From the NCBI GenBank assembly GCA_903824855.1, contig CAIJYI010000043.1, positions 177 to 64,176 on the forward strand: a DNA stretch of 64,000 nt. Direction: 5' to 3'. This stretch comes from an uncultured bacterium (GTDB lineage: Bacteria > Patescibacteriota > Minisyncoccia > Phycocordibacterales > CAIJYI01). The translations under genes and the position numbers were made by a program. The number at the start of each line of letters is the position of its first letter. Within the stretch, counting starts at the first letter, position 1. This document shows, in pieces, positions 1 through 10,488 of the stretch. The notes below the pieces were generated by a model that saw only the letters and a list, made by a program, of their open reading frames with translations, did no database searches and was not told where the DNA came from.

Positions 1-52
1 TACTTGTCCTATCCCGCTCTCTTATAATGGAAAATCTATCGCGCGAAAATTT

Positions 53-622
53 TTGGACAGGGTGCTTAACTGTCGGGCTTATTTTCCAAAATCTGAAATA
101 ACAGTTCGATATGCACCGGAATTTCATCCTTACGCGGAAACTGATCCGCAAGAGATTGGAGCGGAATTTGAGAAATATTCAAAGATTTATTTTCACGGCA
201 GATGTTTTGTTTTGCGAAATGAAGCCGTCTGGGATGTTCCGGAAAATACAGTGGGAGAGGATACTTATTTAGACAGAAGTATTCATTTTCGATTTGGTCC
301 GGGAAGTATTCGAACAATGTACGATGCCAAAATATATTTTTATCCAATGAGTACATTGGGGGAATTCTCAAAAACGTTCTACCGAGTTTACTGTGACTTG
401 AGAAATTTAAAACACATACACCCCGAACGAAATGATGTCAGAGAATATTCTAAAACAAAGCTTGATTGGAATTACATTCGAACACTCCCAATTAAATGGC
501 AATTCTTTTTTATGACTTATTCTGTCGTCAGAAAATATTATCATTTCCTTTTTAAACATAATCTCGCTTATTCAGGAAAATCGGCATTGGACGTCTGGTC
601 TTATGAGCAAAAAACCCATTAA
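53..622 (+). CDS. hypothetical protein; frame is open to the window edge, so the gene may begin upstream of the window or at the TTG at 53
   Basis: ORF track; no in-frame stop between position 2 and 53; no recognisable motif. Confidence 0.35.
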   Translation: MDRVLNCRAYFPKSEITVRYAPEFHPYAETDPQEIGAEFEKYSKIYFHGRCFVLRNEAVWDVPENTVGEDTYLDRSIHFRFGPGSIRTMYDAKIYFYPMSTLGEFSKTFYRVYCDLRNLKHIHPERNDVREYSKTKLDWNYIRTLPIKWQFFFMTYSVVRKYYHFLFKHNLAYSGKSALDVWSYEQKTH

Positions 623-628
623 TTTTTT

Positions 629-1747
629 ATGAAAATAGCAATTCATCAACCAAGGGTCAGTTATTATTATGGCGGAGGCGAGCGTGTTCCTCTTGAACAA
701 GCGAGTCACTTTTCTAAACTCGGTCATGAGGTTTTTGTAATAACAACGGAAGTGAACAATAAATCTCAACTCTTTTTGGATTTTCAAAAAAATAACCCGA
801 AAGTAAAAATCGTTGCTTTTAAACCGACTGACAAGCTGAAAGAAATTTACAAAAAAGAACTTGGACAAAGCCGTCATCGGGCTGATGCGGAATCTCTTGA
901 ATTCGGAAGAATGACCAAAAACTTTTATTTGGCGAACCAATTCGATATTGTCGCTACCCACTATACGGTTGATTCTTTATACATTCCGAATAACCAGTTT
1001 GTTGTTCTGGAATTACATGGGTGCCCCTCAAAACGAAGGATGATAGATGCGAGGTCTTTGGAAAGAGCGAACGCTCTTGTTTGCGTAGCTGAATACGTTG
1101 GAAATTTTTGGAAAGAAATGTATTTGATTACAAGGCAGATATATCTTACCTACAATGGTATAGATAGCTCATACTACACTCCGGAGAAAAGAGCGAAAAT
1201 CTACGATCTCCTTTATGTAGGCAGATTGATAAAAATAAAAGGCGTCGATGATCTTTTGCATTCAATAAAAAATGTCGCTCAAAATTTTCCAAAAATACGG
1301 TTCGCGATAGTCGGAAAAGGACCGGAAAGCGACCGATTGCATACTCTTGCTAAAAAATTGAAAATCAATCATTTGATCGATTGGAAAAACTCCATTGCCG
1401 ATTGTGAACTTTTGGAACTTTATCGTGCCTCAAAAATTGGGGTTTTCCCGTCAACGGCAAAAGAGGGTGTTTTGACTACTATGCTGGAGGCGGCTTCTTG
1501 CGAGATTGCAGTAATAACCACAAACAGTTGCGGAATGCCGGAGTTTCTTAAAAACAATAAAAATGGTTTACTGGTTGAACCGCATAACGTTACAGAATTA
1601 ACATCGGCAATAGAAAAACTTTTGAACGATGATAAACTCCGAAACTCTCTCGGAAAGAAAGCGCGTGCTGATATCGTTCGTAATTGGACTTGGGAAACAA
1701 GAGCGAAAGAATTAATTAAGATATACAAACTATGTCTGAAAAAATAA
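629..1747 (+). CDS. glycosyltransferase family 1 (GT4-type)
   Basis: C-terminal GT1 signature ...EGVLTTMLEAASCEIAVITTNSCGMPEF...GLLVEP...; ATG start. Confidence 0.8.
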   Translation: MKIAIHQPRVSYYYGGGERVPLEQASHFSKLGHEVFVITTEVNNKSQLFLDFQKNNPKVKIVAFKPTDKLKEIYKKELGQSRHRADAESLEFGRMTKNFYLANQFDIVATHYTVDSLYIPNNQFVVLELHGCPSKRRMIDARSLERANALVCVAEYVGNFWKEMYLITRQIYLTYNGIDSSYYTPEKRAKIYDLLYVGRLIKIKGVDDLLHSIKNVAQNFPKIRFAIVGKGPESDRLHTLAKKLKINHLIDWKNSIADCELLELYRASKIGVFPSTAKEGVLTTMLEAASCEIAVITTNSCGMPEFLKNNKNGLLVEPHNVTELTSAIEKLLNDDKLRNSLGKKARADIVRNWTWETRAKELIKIYKLCLKK

Positions 1748-2574
1748 ACAAATTATATATCACTTCCGGAGAAGCAACACTTCTTGTTGAATCGGAGAAT
1801 TCAGCAATTTTGAGTGATCTCCAAAATGAGGCTTTTGTACGGAGCCATATTCCGAGCGCAATCATAAGCACGGAAACTTTAGAGAAGGTCGTCGCATCGC
1901 TATTGATCAAGAATTCAGAACAATTTGATGTGATTCTGAAATATCCTGATGTTGTTTGTTTTCAACCTGAAAAAGTTGATACTCGCGGGGTGATAGCCCT
2001 GATGGGTTATATTTTAGAGCGTGCAAATAACGAGAAAGGTGTTTATTCGGTGCATTCTTCTGTTATCACTAAAAATAATAAAGCAATTGTTCTATTTGGC
2101 GGTACAACAAACTTGGGAAAAACAAGTATCGCAAAAATAGCATCGGAAAAATTTGCTTGGTCATTTTACTCCGATGAAATGGCACTTATAGATAGTAACG
2201 ATGGGAAAATAATCGCAGGTGGAAAAATTGTAACCAATAGCGATTCTTTTGATGATTTCAATTTACCCGAAACAAAAGAAACCTTTGAAATTATCGGATT
2301 TGTTCATCCTCATATAGATAATGGTTTGAACAAATTTGAGAAATGGAACAGCGATAAATTTTTCTGGCACCTAAAAGAAGAACTCGCGAGAAAAATACGC
2401 GGTGGTTCAAAAGCGATACATTTTTTTAGTTATCCGCTAGGCTCGTTGGATACTTTTGATATCGCAAGCAAAAGACTTTTATTCGCTAAAAATCTTTCTG
2501 AAAAAATACCGTGCTACGAAATGAGAGGGGATCCGGAGTATATAGGAAAACAAATTACTGAAATTTTTAAATAA
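1732..2574 (+). CDS. HPr kinase-related P-loop protein (HprK C-terminal domain-like)
   Basis: LFGGTTNLGKTSIAKIA...FYSDEMALID resembles the HprK P-loop followed by the acidic ADD-like motif; overlaps the upstream GT1 stop by 16 nt, suggesting translational coupling. Confidence 0.45.
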   Translation: MSEKINKLYITSGEATLLVESENSAILSDLQNEAFVRSHIPSAIISTETLEKVVASLLIKNSEQFDVILKYPDVVCFQPEKVDTRGVIALMGYILERANNEKGVYSVHSSVITKNNKAIVLFGGTTNLGKTSIAKIASEKFAWSFYSDEMALIDSNDGKIIAGGKIVTNSDSFDDFNLPETKETFEIIGFVHPHIDNGLNKFEKWNSDKFFWHLKEELARKIRGGSKAIHFFSYPLGSLDTFDIASKRLLFAKNLSEKIPCYEMRGDPEYIGKQITEIFK

Positions 2575-2614
2575 CAAAAATTGTTTTATTCGCTAAAAAG
2601 CATATAATTGTCAT

Positions 2615-3121
2615 ATGGCAAAATTCACTGAAAAATCAAGTTGGGAGGGTCAAGAAATTACCTATACTTGGCTTCCGACTTCGGATGTTAAAAATTATAT
2701 TCCTGTCACCCAGGTATACGGCGTTTGTATAAATGATGAGGGCAAAATTCTTGTAATCAAAGATAAACGTTGGCAGATTCCAGGCGGTACCCCCGAACAG
2801 GGCGAAACAGCCGAAGAAACATTGCAACGGGAGCTTGTCGAAGAGGCGCAAGTTGAAGTTGATAAGCTTGTTCCTCTCGGTGTTCAGGAAGTAAAATATC
2901 CAAATAATCCGAATAAAGACCAAGGCGAATTGTTTTATCAATATCGCTATCTCGCAATTATCACAAAATTAAATCCAACCGCACCTGATCCTGCTACAGG
3001 AAGAGAATATGAAAGAAAATTTGTTTCCTTTGACGAGATTGATGAATACGTAAAATGGGGAGGAGTCGGAACTGAAATGTTTAAAGATGCAAAAGTTGTT
3101 TTTCAAGAAATGAAAAAATAA
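2615..3121 (+). CDS. NUDIX hydrolase
   Basis: Nudix box GGTPEQGETAEETLQRELVEEAQV. Confidence 0.8.
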   Translation: MAKFTEKSSWEGQEITYTWLPTSDVKNYIPVTQVYGVCINDEGKILVIKDKRWQIPGGTPEQGETAEETLQRELVEEAQVEVDKLVPLGVQEVKYPNNPNKDQGELFYQYRYLAIITKLNPTAPDPATGREYERKFVSFDEIDEYVKWGGVGTEMFKDAKVVFQEMKK

Positions 3122-3157
3122 TGAATAAAAAAATACTCCGTCATTAAGGCGAAGTAT

Positions 3158-3622
3158 TTACGTATGGGGCGAATAAATATATTCAATCACTTCTTCAGCT
3201 TCTTCTTCTGTATCGGTGGAATGAACTAAATTTTCCGCGGTGAGTTTAATATTAAGCTCTTTTTGTCTCGGGTGTTTATTTTCTTCCCAAAGTGCGATAT
3301 CTTCTTTTGTAAGTTCTATCCAAGAAGCGCTATTTTCTTTTCGGAAGCGTTTTTTAAGTTCTGTGACTTTGTTTATCGCATCGTCACCTGAAACAACCAG
3401 TGTCATACACGGACCGGAAAGAATGAAGTTTTCAAGGTCTTGATAAAAATGCTTGTCGAGGCAATCTCTATATATGAAACGTGCCGCCCCTTGTTTTATT
3501 TCAAGTTGTTGCTGATTTTCCGCACTTAGCCCCATTGATAATAATTCCGAAAGGAATAGTTTTACAAGACCGCGTTTGAGACAATCTGGCTTAAATAATA
3601 CAAATACTTTTTGGATGCTCAT
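3158..3622 (-). CDS. ndk: nucleoside diphosphate kinase-like protein with a roughly 35-aa internal insertion
   Basis: FKPD...ARFIY...SGP...NLVHSTDTEEEAEEVI align to NDK motifs (KPD, active-site His in NxxH(G/S)xD); start moved to the internal ATG preceded by AAGGAGG. Confidence 0.6.
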   Translation of the reverse strand: MSIQKVFVLFKPDCLKRGLVKLFLSELLSMGLSAENQQQLEIKQGAARFIYRDCLDKHFYQDLENFILSGPCMTLVVSGDDAINKVTELKKRFRKENSASWIELTKEDIALWEENKHPRQKELNIKLTAENLVHSTDTEEEAEEVIEYIYSPHT

Positions 3623-3683
3623 TTTCGCCTCCTTTGAAAAGATTGAAATATTCTGTAATATACTATATAATAATGGCTCAAAT

Positions 3684-4235
3684 ATGTCAATTTTCAGAAA
3701 TAAAAAAATATTCTTTTTTGATGGCGATGGAACCATCTGGTACCCAAAGGAAACCAAGCGAACAAAGGCTCCTTATTGGGTATATGGCGACACCAATAGT
3801 GCGGAAATTAACACGTCTGGTATTGAAAAACTCGTGGTTAGCGACACAACTTTTGAAACACTAAAGGAACTTAATCAAAAAGGTGTAAAACTTATTTTGC
3901 TTTCAACACACCCTCACGAGCCGGAAATTGCTCAACAGGTATTACATATGAAATTAGCTCATTTAGGTTTGCTTAATATATTTTATGAGTGTCTCGCAAC
4001 AGATGGACGACCGGAAGCAAAAGGCGAAGAAATACTCAAATTTCTAAAAAAATATAAATTACCAAAAACGCAGGCACTGATGATTGGAGATAGTTACTCG
4101 TATGATTATCTCTCCGCAAAAAAAGTTGGTGTTGATGTGGTGTTGCTAAAATCGGATTATTTGAAACATCCACCCCGTGGGCCACGAGTTAAAAAACTTA
4201 TAGATGAAATAAGGGATGTTATCGGCTTTTGTTAA
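3684..4235 (+). CDS. HAD-superfamily hydrolase
   Basis: FFDGDGTIW (DxDxT motif I) near the N-terminus, ...MIGDS... motif; start moved to the internal ATG; divergent from ndk. Confidence 0.55.
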   Translation: MSIFRNKKIFFFDGDGTIWYPKETKRTKAPYWVYGDTNSAEINTSGIEKLVVSDTTFETLKELNQKGVKLILLSTHPHEPEIAQQVLHMKLAHLGLLNIFYECLATDGRPEAKGEEILKFLKKYKLPKTQALMIGDSYSYDYLSAKKVGVDVVLLKSDYLKHPPRGPRVKKLIDEIRDVIGFC

Positions 4236-4269
4236 ATGGTTCAATATCCCCCCCCATCTATCACAAAAA

Positions 4270-4298
4270 ATACCCTTGTAAAATAAGGGTATTTTGAT
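4270..4298 (+). terminator. rho-independent terminator after the HAD gene
   Basis: tacccttg-taaaata-agggta followed by a T-run. Confidence 0.55.
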
Positions 4299-4301
4299 CT
4301 G

Positions 4302-4688
4302 TGGAGATGGGGGGAATCGAACCCCCGTGCAAAAAGGAACTCTTGGTGCCGGTACAAACATAGAATATTTTTTTGGTTTAAATCTGATAAGTCTTAAATA
4401 GACAAAATCTTATCAGTATCGAGCTTCCTTTGTTTTGAAAATGCGCCGAAGCGCTCGCATTTTCTATCCCGATGTTATTACACCTTTTCCTTTTTATCAG
4501 GATTCAAAAAGAAAAGATGCCGAATTTACGCTAAAGCGAATTCCGGAGTAAAGTATGGTGAAACCATAGCTGTTACTTTTGAAGATAAGTTTGCACTTAT
4601 GCATTTTCCTGCGCATTTTGACGGGCGAGCAGGAGTAACCGGTTTGAGCATTCAAGAGGACGGCTTATTGTCTAGGCCGATCATCCCC
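4302..4688 (-). ncRNA. ssrA: tmRNA (ssrA)
   Basis: Minus strand: 5' GGGGAUGAUCGGCC... pairs with 3' ...GGGGGUUCGAUUCCCCC-CAUCUCC-A (T-arm plus 7-bp acceptor with one G-U); an internal reading frame ends ...P-E-F-A-L-A-UAA, a typical tag ending; consensus TTGACA-17-TATACT promoter about 27 nt upstream of the 5' end; smpB lies 2.2 kb away. Confidence 0.65.
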
Positions 4689-4712
4689 ATGGGTATTTCA
4701 AAGTACTGGTTC

Positions 4713-4741
4713 AGTATACACCCAAAAAGATGACTTGTCAA
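4713..4741 (-). promoter_or_regulatory. sigma70-type promoter of ssrA (TTGACA-N17-TATACT)
   Basis: perfect -35 and near-perfect -10 with a 17-nt spacer on the minus strand. Confidence 0.55.
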
Positions 4742-4913
4742 ACACTGTTTTCTATGTTGCTATGATTTTCTGTTGATTGTTTTTTATTAAGACGGAGATA
4801 GATCGAAAGAGTTTCCTCTAACGTTTTTACCGAAAAAATAATGTTATTACAAAGGCCCGGAAATGGGTTTTTTCTTATTTGAGAAATCTTGACAAAAGTA
4901 CATTCAAAATTGT

Positions 4914-4941
4914 TTGACATGGTATTAAAAAGATGTATGAT
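4914..4941 (+). promoter_or_regulatory. promoter of the flotillin-like gene (TTGACA-N16-TATGAT); a second TTGACA lies at 4889
   Basis: consensus hexamers about 70 nt upstream of ATG 5011. Confidence 0.45.
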
Positions 4942-5010
4942 TGTCACGATTTGGGGAACTCTCCAAAGCAACGTTGTTCCATGACATTTTAAATTATAGA
5001 GGAAATAAGA

Positions 5011-6852
5011 ATGGAAAATACTTTTATAGATGTATTGGTTTCGTGGTGGTGGGTTATCCCGCTTATCGCGGCACTCGTTTATTGGAAACAGATATTATTG
5101 CTTTTCTTTGGGATGAAAATAATTCCTGAAAACCAGCTTGGTATCGTTTACAAAAAATTTGTTATCTTCGGCAAAAATGCTACGTTGCCTGACGGTAAAA
5201 TTATCGCTTTGAACGGTGAAGCAGGTCATCAAGTCGACGCTTTGGCTCCCGGTATTTACTGGGGCTACTGGGTTTGGCAATATGATATTACTCTTGCCAG
5301 TTTTACCAACATACCAAAAGGTTTTATCGGAGTTGTTGAATCTCGCGATGGTAAGCCTATTTCAGGCGGACGCAACCTTGGAAGGAAAGTCGATTCCGAC
5401 GCGTTTCAAAACGCTCGAGCATTTCTTGAAAACGGTGGTGAACGTGGTCCTCAAATAGACTTCATTCCTGCCGGTGCGTGGCGTATTAATACCGCATTAT
5501 TTAATGTGAAGGATATTGTTCCTGTAAAAAATATTCCAAACGGAAAAATTGGTATCGTAACAACAAAAGACGGTCAATCTCTTCCAACCGGTGAAATTGC
5601 CGGTAAAGAAATCTTTGGTCATAGTTCGTTTCAAAATGGACAAGCGTTCATTGATAACGGCGGATATAAAGGTACTCAAGAGCAAGTAATTTTGTCAGGT
5701 AACTACTTTATCAACCCAATGTTTGCTGATGTTGAAATTCAGGATATGACGCCTGTTGCAATGGCACATGTCGGTGTTGTTATCGCCTATGTCGGCGAAG
5801 CGGGCGAAGATGTTACCGGTGATACTTTCAAACATGGTAATTTGGTAAAACGCGGTCAAAAAGGCGTGTGGATTGACGGTTATGATCCGGGTAAATATCC
5901 GATTAACTATGTGACTCATAAGCTTGAATGTGTTTCTACCGCAAACATCGTTTTGAACTGGGCTGATAGTAAGAGTGAATCGCATAATCTTGATAAAGAA
6001 CTTTCAACGATTACCGTTCGTTCGGCTGATGGCTTTAAGTTTAATTTAGATGTAAGCCAGATTATTCATATTCCACGATCTGATGCTCCAAAAGTTATTG
6101 CTCGTTTCGGTTCTGTCGCCAACTTGGTAACACAGGTTCTTGAACCTACCATCGGCAACTATTTTCGTAACGCGGCTCAAAGTTCCGACGCTATTGATTT
6201 CTTGAAACAACGTCAGGAAAGACAAGCTGATGCAAGGAAAAAAATTGCAGACGCTCTGATTGAATATAACGTTGTTGCAGTTGATACACTTATTGGTGAT
6301 ATCGTTCCTCCTCCTGAATTGATGAAAACTCTAACGGATAGAAAAATCGCTGAACAAGAAAGGGTAACATATGAAACTCAACGTGGTGCGGAAGAAGTGA
6401 AGAAAGAACTGATGCAAGCGAAAGCTCTTGCTGATACTCAGCCATTGGTTGTTACCGCTCAACGAAAAGTTGAGATTGCAAAATTCGATGCTGCTGCCGT
6501 TATTGAAAAAGCCGGTGGTGACGCAAAATCAAAAACAGTAAACGCTGAAGCTGATGCGCATGTACTTGAAGTGATGGGTGTTGCGAAAGCATCAAACGTT
6601 AAAGCGGTCGGTCTGGCCGAATCAGAAGTTATCAGGTTGAAAACGGCTGCGGTTGGTCAATCCAATTATGCTATTATCGAAGTCGGTCGCGCTCTTGCGG
6701 AAAATCATATTAAATTGGTTCCCGAAATTTTCGCCGGTGGTGGTAATGGTCAAGGTGGCGGAACGCTCGTTGATGTACTTATCGCAAATATTTTACGCGA
6801 TAAAATGCTTGCAACCGAAGTGGTAAAAAAAGCAGAAACCCTTACCGAATAA
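5011..6852 (+). CDS. SPFH/band-7 flotillin-like membrane protein
   Basis: N-terminal TM helix, SPFH-like core, long Ala/Glu/Lys-rich coiled-coil C-terminal region (…ERQADARKKIADA…AEQERVTYETQRGAEEVKKELMQAKALA…), Gly-rich end. Confidence 0.5.
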   Translation: MENTFIDVLVSWWWVIPLIAALVYWKQILLLFFGMKIIPENQLGIVYKKFVIFGKNATLPDGKIIALNGEAGHQVDALAPGIYWGYWVWQYDITLASFTNIPKGFIGVVESRDGKPISGGRNLGRKVDSDAFQNARAFLENGGERGPQIDFIPAGAWRINTALFNVKDIVPVKNIPNGKIGIVTTKDGQSLPTGEIAGKEIFGHSSFQNGQAFIDNGGYKGTQEQVILSGNYFINPMFADVEIQDMTPVAMAHVGVVIAYVGEAGEDVTGDTFKHGNLVKRGQKGVWIDGYDPGKYPINYVTHKLECVSTANIVLNWADSKSESHNLDKELSTITVRSADGFKFNLDVSQIIHIPRSDAPKVIARFGSVANLVTQVLEPTIGNYFRNAAQSSDAIDFLKQRQERQADARKKIADALIEYNVVAVDTLIGDIVPPPELMKTLTDRKIAEQERVTYETQRGAEEVKKELMQAKALADTQPLVVTAQRKVEIAKFDAAAVIEKAGGDAKSKTVNAEADAHVLEVMGVAKASNVKAVGLAESEVIRLKTAAVGQSNYAIIEVGRALAENHIKLVPEIFAGGGNGQGGGTLVDVLIANILRDKMLATEVVKKAETLTE

Positions 6853-6925
6853 TTCGGTAATAATTGTTCTTTATAGAGTAAGTCAAACGCCCCGACGAAA
6901 GTCGAGGCGTTTTTTTAAATATTTT

Positions 6926-7372
6926 TTATCTTGTCTTATATTCTCTCGCAATATCACGCTCCGTATCTCTTTTTTTAATGACTTCGCGTTTGTCGTATTT
7001 TTTCTTTCCTCTTACAATGGCGATTTCAACTTTGATTTTCTTTCCTTTTAGATACATTGAAATGGGAATAATTGTGAGACCTTTTTGTCCTTCGGCGCGG
7101 GCGAGTTCTGCGATTTCCGATTTTGTTAAAAGAAGTTTTCGTGTTCGGTCGGTTTGATATGCGGAGACGGCATTATTTGGCTGATAGAGGGGGATAGTGA
7201 CACCGACGAGAAAAGCCTCACCGCCACGAACAAGAACACGTGCACCGTCAAGCGAACCGCGTGAATTTTTTATGGATTTCACTTCATGGCCAAGAAGTTC
7301 AATGCCCGTTTCGAATTTTTGCATCACCTCGTAATCGAAATGCGCCTTTTTGTTGTAAACAAGATTCGCCAT
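6926..7372 (-). CDS. smpB: SsrA-binding protein SmpB
   Basis: MANLVYNKKAHFDYEV...GIELLGHEVKS...LLLTKSEI... canonical SmpB; start moved to the internal ATG. Confidence 0.85.
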   Translation of the reverse strand: MANLVYNKKAHFDYEVMQKFETGIELLGHEVKSIKNSRGSLDGARVLVRGGEAFLVGVTIPLYQPNNAVSAYQTDRTRKLLLTKSEIAELARAEGQKGLTIIPISMYLKGKKIKVEIAIVRGKKKYDKREVIKKRDTERDIAREYKTR

Positions 7373-7496
7373 AGGTATAGTATAGCAAACAGAGACGAGC
7401 TTGACAAACAATGTCTTATGAGCTATCTTGAAAAAAGATTTCGTTCAGCTGTTGGCTGATGAAACATTGATTCTTAACAAAACAAGGAGAAAGAGA

Positions 7497-7667
7497 TGAG
7501 CGATGCATTTTTTGACTGGAAAACAAAAAAAGTTGTTGAAGTAAAGGAACCACCGATATTTGAAGTACCTACTGCTGCCACTGTCGCAAAACGGGAAGCC
7601 GAAGGGTATTATATCGTCACTGATTCTGATTTACTTTGCGGTGGAGAGTATGACTACGGAAAGTAAA
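7497..7667 (+). CDS. small hypothetical protein (57 aa), not in the ORF track
   Basis: ATG preceded by AAGGAGAAAGAG; TTGACA-17-TATCTT promoter at about 7452-7480. Confidence 0.3.
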
Positions 7668-7970
7668 TATAAACATCTGGATTACGGAAAAGAACTTAAG
7701 CAATTTATTTTTGAGCAAAAAGACAAGAAAAGACAAGCGTTGAAAGATTTAAAAGAGGCGAAAACTAAAATTTTAGAAGTGAAGCTTCTTTTGCTTTTGG
7801 CGGACCATAAAGGGTTATTGGAATCCGCGGGCGTTAATCCCGGAAAAATGGAGGCCAGTATACTTTTGCTCGGTAATGTTACTGAAAATTTAGGTACTGA
7901 AATACAAAAATTGCAAAAGCTTGTCGATGCACAAAACAATGGTGATGGTCCGGTAATCGGGCATCCATAA
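7650..7970 (+). CDS. hypothetical coiled-coil protein (106 aa from the internal ATG)
   Basis: start GGAGAG-ATG overlaps the upstream small ORF; followed by a strong terminator. Confidence 0.35.
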   Translation: MTTESKYKHLDYGKELKQFIFEQKDKKRQALKDLKEAKTKILEVKLLLLLADHKGLLESAGVNPGKMEASILLLGNVTENLGTEIQKLQKLVDAQNNGDGPVIGHP

Positions 7971-7982
7971 AAGTAACGAGTC

Positions 7983-8008
7983 CCGCATAATTGCGGGGCT
8001 TTTTTATT
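7983..8008 (+). terminator. rho-independent terminator
   Basis: cccgcataattgcgggg + T-run. Confidence 0.6.
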
Positions 8009-8036
8009 TTTGGCTTTGTGTTATGATATTTTGTAT

Positions 8037-9992
8037 ATGAATGAAATAAATAACGAAAAAAACAATAATCACGAAGAGAAAGGGAAAAGTCCTGAAAAGA
8101 AGAACGGAATAAAAATGCCCGAAATGAGCCCAACAAAGCAATTTCTGACAAACATCGGCGGTTCTCTGCTTATTTTTCTTGTCCTCATAACACTCTATTC
8201 ATACATCTCTGATGAGCAGGCTAAGAAGCCAACAGAAATTACCCTGACACAACTTTCCTCTTACGTTAAGAAAGGTGAGGTGAAATCTATCACGATTGAC
8301 GGCGAGAAACTTTCTATTGAGTTAAAGAACAAACAGTTAAAGGAATCAAAGAAAGAGTTAGAAGCTTCTCTTTCTCAAACGTTGGTGAATTACGGAGTAA
8401 CAGGCGAACAACTTTCTTCGGTGCAGACAAAAGTTGTTGATGCTTCAGGTTTCTGGTTTTGGTTTACGAATTTGGCGCCAATTCTTATTCCCGTCATCTT
8501 TATCATTCTTCTTTTCTGGATGCTCACTCGGCAAGTGAAAGGTGCCGGAGTGCAAGCGTTTACTTTCGGACAATCAAAGGCTCGCATTATTGATCCTGAT
8601 GACGCTAATCAACAAGTTACTTTTAAGGACGTTGCCGGTGTAAAAGAAGCGAAAGAAGAATTGAGTGAAATTGTTGATTTCTTAAAAAATCCAAAAAAAT
8701 TCTTGGACATCGGTGCGAGAATTCCAAAAGGTGTCATCTTAATGGGTGCGCCGGGAACAGGAAAGACGTTGCTCGCGAGGGCTGTCGCAGGAGAAGCTCA
8801 TGTTCCTTTCTTCCATCTTTCAGGTTCTGAATTTGTGGAAATGTTTGTCGGAGTCGGTGCTTCTCGTGTGCGCGATTTATTTAAAATGGCGAAAAAAGCT
8901 GCGCCTGCAATTATATTCATTGACGAGATTGATGCCGTTGGACGTATTCGCGGTACCGGTGTCGGCGGAGGAAATGATGAACGCGAACAAACCTTAAATC
9001 AGATTCTCGTCGAGATGGATGGCTTTGAACCGAATGAAAAAGTTATCGTTATCGCCGCAACAAATCGCCCCGATGTACTTGATCCGGCTTTGCTTCGCCC
9101 CGGACGTTTTGATCGCCGCGTCACTCTTGATTTACCTGACCTTGATGACCGAGAAGAAATCCTAAAAATTTACGCCAGGAAAAAACCGTTTGCTGAAGAT
9201 GTGAACTTGCGACTGCTCGCAGAACGAACACCCGGATTTTCCGGAGCTGATTTGTATTCTCTTATGAATGAAGGTGCCATTCTCGCCGCAAGAGAAGCGC
9301 GCAAAAAAGTGGCGCAATTTGATCTCATTCGTTCCATTGAGAAAGTTATGCTCGGACCTGAACGCAAAAGCCATTTGCTCTCCAAAGACGAAAAGAAAAT
9401 TACCGCTTATCACGAAGTCGGACATGCGCTCGTCGCTTCCGTTCTTCCTCTTGCTGATCCGGTACAAAAAGTTTCCATCATTTCTCGCGGACATGCCGCC
9501 GGCTATACACTTACGCTCCCTCTTGAAGAAAGAAAATTGCAAACCAGAAAAGAATTTCTTGATGACATTGCAAAATTGCTCGGCGGATATGCTGCGGAGA
9601 AATTAATTTTTGGAGATATTACAACAGGTCCTTCCAACGACTTGCAGGTTGCAACCGCACTTTCACGAAACATGGTGACACGGTGGGGAATGTCGGATAG
9701 AATCGGCCCTGTAGCACTCGAAGATCCGTCCGGAAAAGTTATTTACGGAAGGGGTATCGGAGAGAAAGAATATTCCGAAGAAGTTTCCGCGATGGTTGAT
9801 TCCGAGGTTTCGATTATGATGAATGAAGGATTAAGACGAGCGAATGAAGTACTTGCGATTCACCGAAAAGCGCTTGACGCAATTTCCGAAGAACTCATCC
9901 GCGCAGAAACAATCGAGCACAAGGAATTCGAAAATCTCTTAATTGCGAACGGCATCACTCCAAAGAAAAAAATAGAAGAGGAAATTAAATAA
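8037..9992 (+). CDS. ftsH: ATP-dependent zinc metalloprotease FtsH
   Basis: Walker [22 protein letters not shown] region, zinc motif HEVGHALV; the ORF track starts at a TTG at 8010 and the first ATG is at 8037 (alternative ATG at 8115). Confidence 0.9.
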   Translation: MNEINNEKNNNHEEKGKSPEKKNGIKMPEMSPTKQFLTNIGGSLLIFLVLITLYSYISDEQAKKPTEITLTQLSSYVKKGEVKSITIDGEKLSIELKNKQLKESKKELEASLSQTLVNYGVTGEQLSSVQTKVVDASGFWFWFTNLAPILIPVIFIILLFWMLTRQVKGAGVQAFTFGQSKARIIDPDDANQQVTFKDVAGVKEAKEELSEIVDFLKNPKKFLDIGARIPKGVILMGAPGTGKTLLARAVAGEAHVPFFHLSGSEFVEMFVGVGASRVRDLFKMAKKAAPAIIFIDEIDAVGRIRGTGVGGGNDEREQTLNQILVEMDGFEPNEKVIVIAATNRPDVLDPALLRPGRFDRRVTLDLPDLDDREEILKIYARKKPFAEDVNLRLLAERTPGFSGADLYSLMNEGAILAAREARKKVAQFDLIRSIEKVMLGPERKSHLLSKDEKKITAYHEVGHALVASVLPLADPVQKVSIISRGHAAGYTLTLPLEERKLQTRKEFLDDIAKLLGGYAAEKLIFGDITTGPSNDLQVATALSRNMVTRWGMSDRIGPVALEDPSGKVIYGRGIGEKEYSEEVSAMVDSEVSIMMNEGLRRANEVLAIHRKALDAISEELIRAETIEHKEFENLLIANGITPKKKIEEEIK

Positions 9993-9995
9993 TTT

Positions 9996-10024
9996 TAAAA
10001 AACTCCGCAGCAATGCGGAGTTTT
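9996..10024 (+). terminator. rho-independent terminator after ftsH
   Basis: ctccgcagcaatgcggag + T-run. Confidence 0.6.
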
Positions 10025-10142
10025 TGTTTTTTCTCAGGAAGGTCGGACCTTCCTGAGATTAAAATACTCTCCGTTTGACATTTTCTTTCTGGTGGCGTAT
10101 CCTATTCTTGGTTCAGTTTTTTTTGAGAAAAAGGAGCAAAAA

Positions 10143-10397
10143 ATGACCGAAACAACAAAAAAAGAAACTTGGCGTTGTACTATTTTTGTAGGAAAAGATG
10201 ACGTGTCTGTCATTTTTTGCCGAAGCGATATCTTGAGTGTTCCGAAGGAAGTGTCCATCGGAAAACTGGTTGCATCATATTCTCATGAGGTTATCCCTCA
10301 CAAAGAATGGGCACAGGAACTTGAAAGACAAGGCGCACCTATTTTTGTGATAAAAAGAGTAAGGGATTTTTTCAAACAATACACACCAAAAGAATAG
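10143..10397 (+). CDS. hypothetical small protein
   Basis: internal ATG with AAAAAGGAG RBS; terminator gggccggatgctttccggctc + T-run downstream. Confidence 0.4.
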   Translation: MTETTKKETWRCTIFVGKDDVSVIFCRSDILSVPKEVSIGKLVASYSHEVIPHKEWAQELERQGAPIFVIKRVRDFFKQYTPKE

Positions 10398-10488
10398 TAA
10401 TACAAAGGGCCGGATGCTTTCCGGCTCTTTTTTATTACCATTCAATAGCACATTTCCTGACGCTTGCCCAAAATACTCGTAATGTCCC

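Noticed and set aside
4302-4392. A canonical tRNA ending at the T-arm GGGGGTTCGATTCCCCC (minus strand)
   Set aside because: No 5' acceptor strand complementary to CATCTCC lies within 75-95 nt. The complementary GGGGATG lies about 387 nt upstream, together with a tag-like reading frame and a consensus promoter. I therefore called it tmRNA.
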